Origin: Microbotryum violaceum
Taxonomy: Eukaryota
NCBI GenBank assembly: GCA_001244265.2
Contig: CDLV01000006.1
Coordinates: forward strand, 372,001-436,000
Length of the DNA: 64,000 bases
Direction of reading: 5' to 3'
Part shown: one piece after another, positions 62,679 to 64,000 of the stretch
Layout of the letters: each line of letters opens with the position of its first letter
Numbering within the stretch: position 1 is the first letter of the stretch
Notes under the pieces: model-generated
Told to the model about the DNA's origin: nothing
Seen by the model: the letters and a program-made list of their open reading frames with translations, nothing else
Database searches by the model: none
Made by a program: the position numbers and the translations under genes

Positions 62679-64000
62679 AACGCTCGAATCAGAAGGAAGC
62701 TAAGAGAAAGCCCGCGCGCGCTCGCGCTCATGTAGCCTACAGAGTGTACTCCTCAAGTGTCAACTCAACAATACCATCCCCCCCCCCCCACCCCCCCCAC
62801 GCGCCCAGAGGCAGAATAGCGGCTAAGTAGTACACTTGCTAACTCGCATATGCTAATCGGCCCTTGGCCTCAGCACATGGCACTGGCACCCCCACCTTCA
62901 AGCTTCAACCCTCCCCCACCGCCTTGCACTCATCGGCATCGCTTCAAGCATGGGCTCCCTGCGACACACATCGCCACTACCACAAGCAAATCCAGCGTCC
63001 CTAGTAGAGAAAGACAAGGAAAAAGACACCAAGACCAAGCGTTAGAAATTGACGAGGCGGAGGAAGAAGAAGGCTGACGCGATCATCGAGAGCGGGGCGA
63101 CCACGGGGCCAGAGGAGAGGGCGAAGAAGAAAAAGAAAAAGAAAAAGATGAGGTCATGGCCCGTGCGAGAACAAGAAAAGGAGCCAGTCGTGTCCCCGGA
63201 GAGCGAGGCGTTTGTAGAATCCTCCGGCCACGCTGCTGGCATTATGGTATAGCGATCAAATCTGATGATAATAAAGGCTAAGGTATGACTAAGAGCTTTT
63301 AAGACACCAAGGCGAGAGACACGAGAGACTGCAGTGGGGATAGAATCGAAAGCGAGACCGAGTTCGAGAACGAAACGCTGAGGTCGGAGACTGGAGACGA
63401 TGCCAAACGAGACTTGAAACACGCAAAAAGTGAGAGACAAGAAAAAATTGTATTGAATCCTGGAAGTCTTCCTGAAAACAAGAAGAAAACTCCCCTCAAA
63501 CGTCCCGGCAGTTCAAACCGCTGCTTTCCGTTCATTCCCCTTCACCGCTTCCTCCGCATATCGGGCTCGGTCTTCCTTCCAAATCCTGCCTCCCAATGCT
63601 CGTCATTTTCCGAGTCTTTTCGGCGCAAAAGTGAAGGCCCGTTCGAAATCACATCCTCTTCCTCTCCCTCCCGTAAGCCGGCTTTAGCCTCCCTCCTCTT
63701 GTGGCCGCCGGGAATGACTCGTCGTCGAGACGCTAAAGTCCAGAACTTACTGCCGCTACGACTTCTATTAGCCTCGATGAGTTGAAATAGCGGATGCGAC
63801 CGGATCCCGAGTACCACAGTATTCACGGCAACCCAACGAGGCCGCGTCCGACACGTCGACCGACTCGGAGCCCTCTTCCATCGGAGGCATCGATCCCCGG
63901 CCGAGCCTTGATTACTACCTGTGGCAGTGCACCCAAAACACGGGCGAACAACAGATGGAGGGGTGCGTGGCGCTTCCGCTTTGGTGTACCGACGATGCTG

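Overview
Intron-rich, GC-rich eukaryotic DNA from a basidiomycete fungus (Pucciniomycotina / Microbotryum-like; taxon is an inference). Conserved genes: USB1, DUG2, SCS2/VAP, PP2C (PTC2/3), SHP1, GDP-mannose transporter, heme oxygenase, UFD2 and IWR1. They are interleaved with decayed transposons (Helitron, AcademH, CACTA/EnSpm, LINE, unclassified TIR elements). Main observations: (1) a 13.0-kb inversion (2964-15967) with a 4-bp GCCG microhomology that cuts both a secreted Cys-rich gene and a Helitron; flipping it back restores both reading frames across the junctions. (2) A nested TE stack at 16.7-24.3 kb in which two TIR families insert into each other's termini. (3) Two 43-44-bp AcademH-type micro-elements, each with its own perfect 9-bp TSD. 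(4) A ~20-kb candidate surface-glycan biosynthesis cluster (SGNH/Cap64-like, two GT92-like, GDP-Man transporter, GT2-GT4 fusion). Exon boundaries were inferred by eye and family assignments rest on recalled motifs, not database searches.
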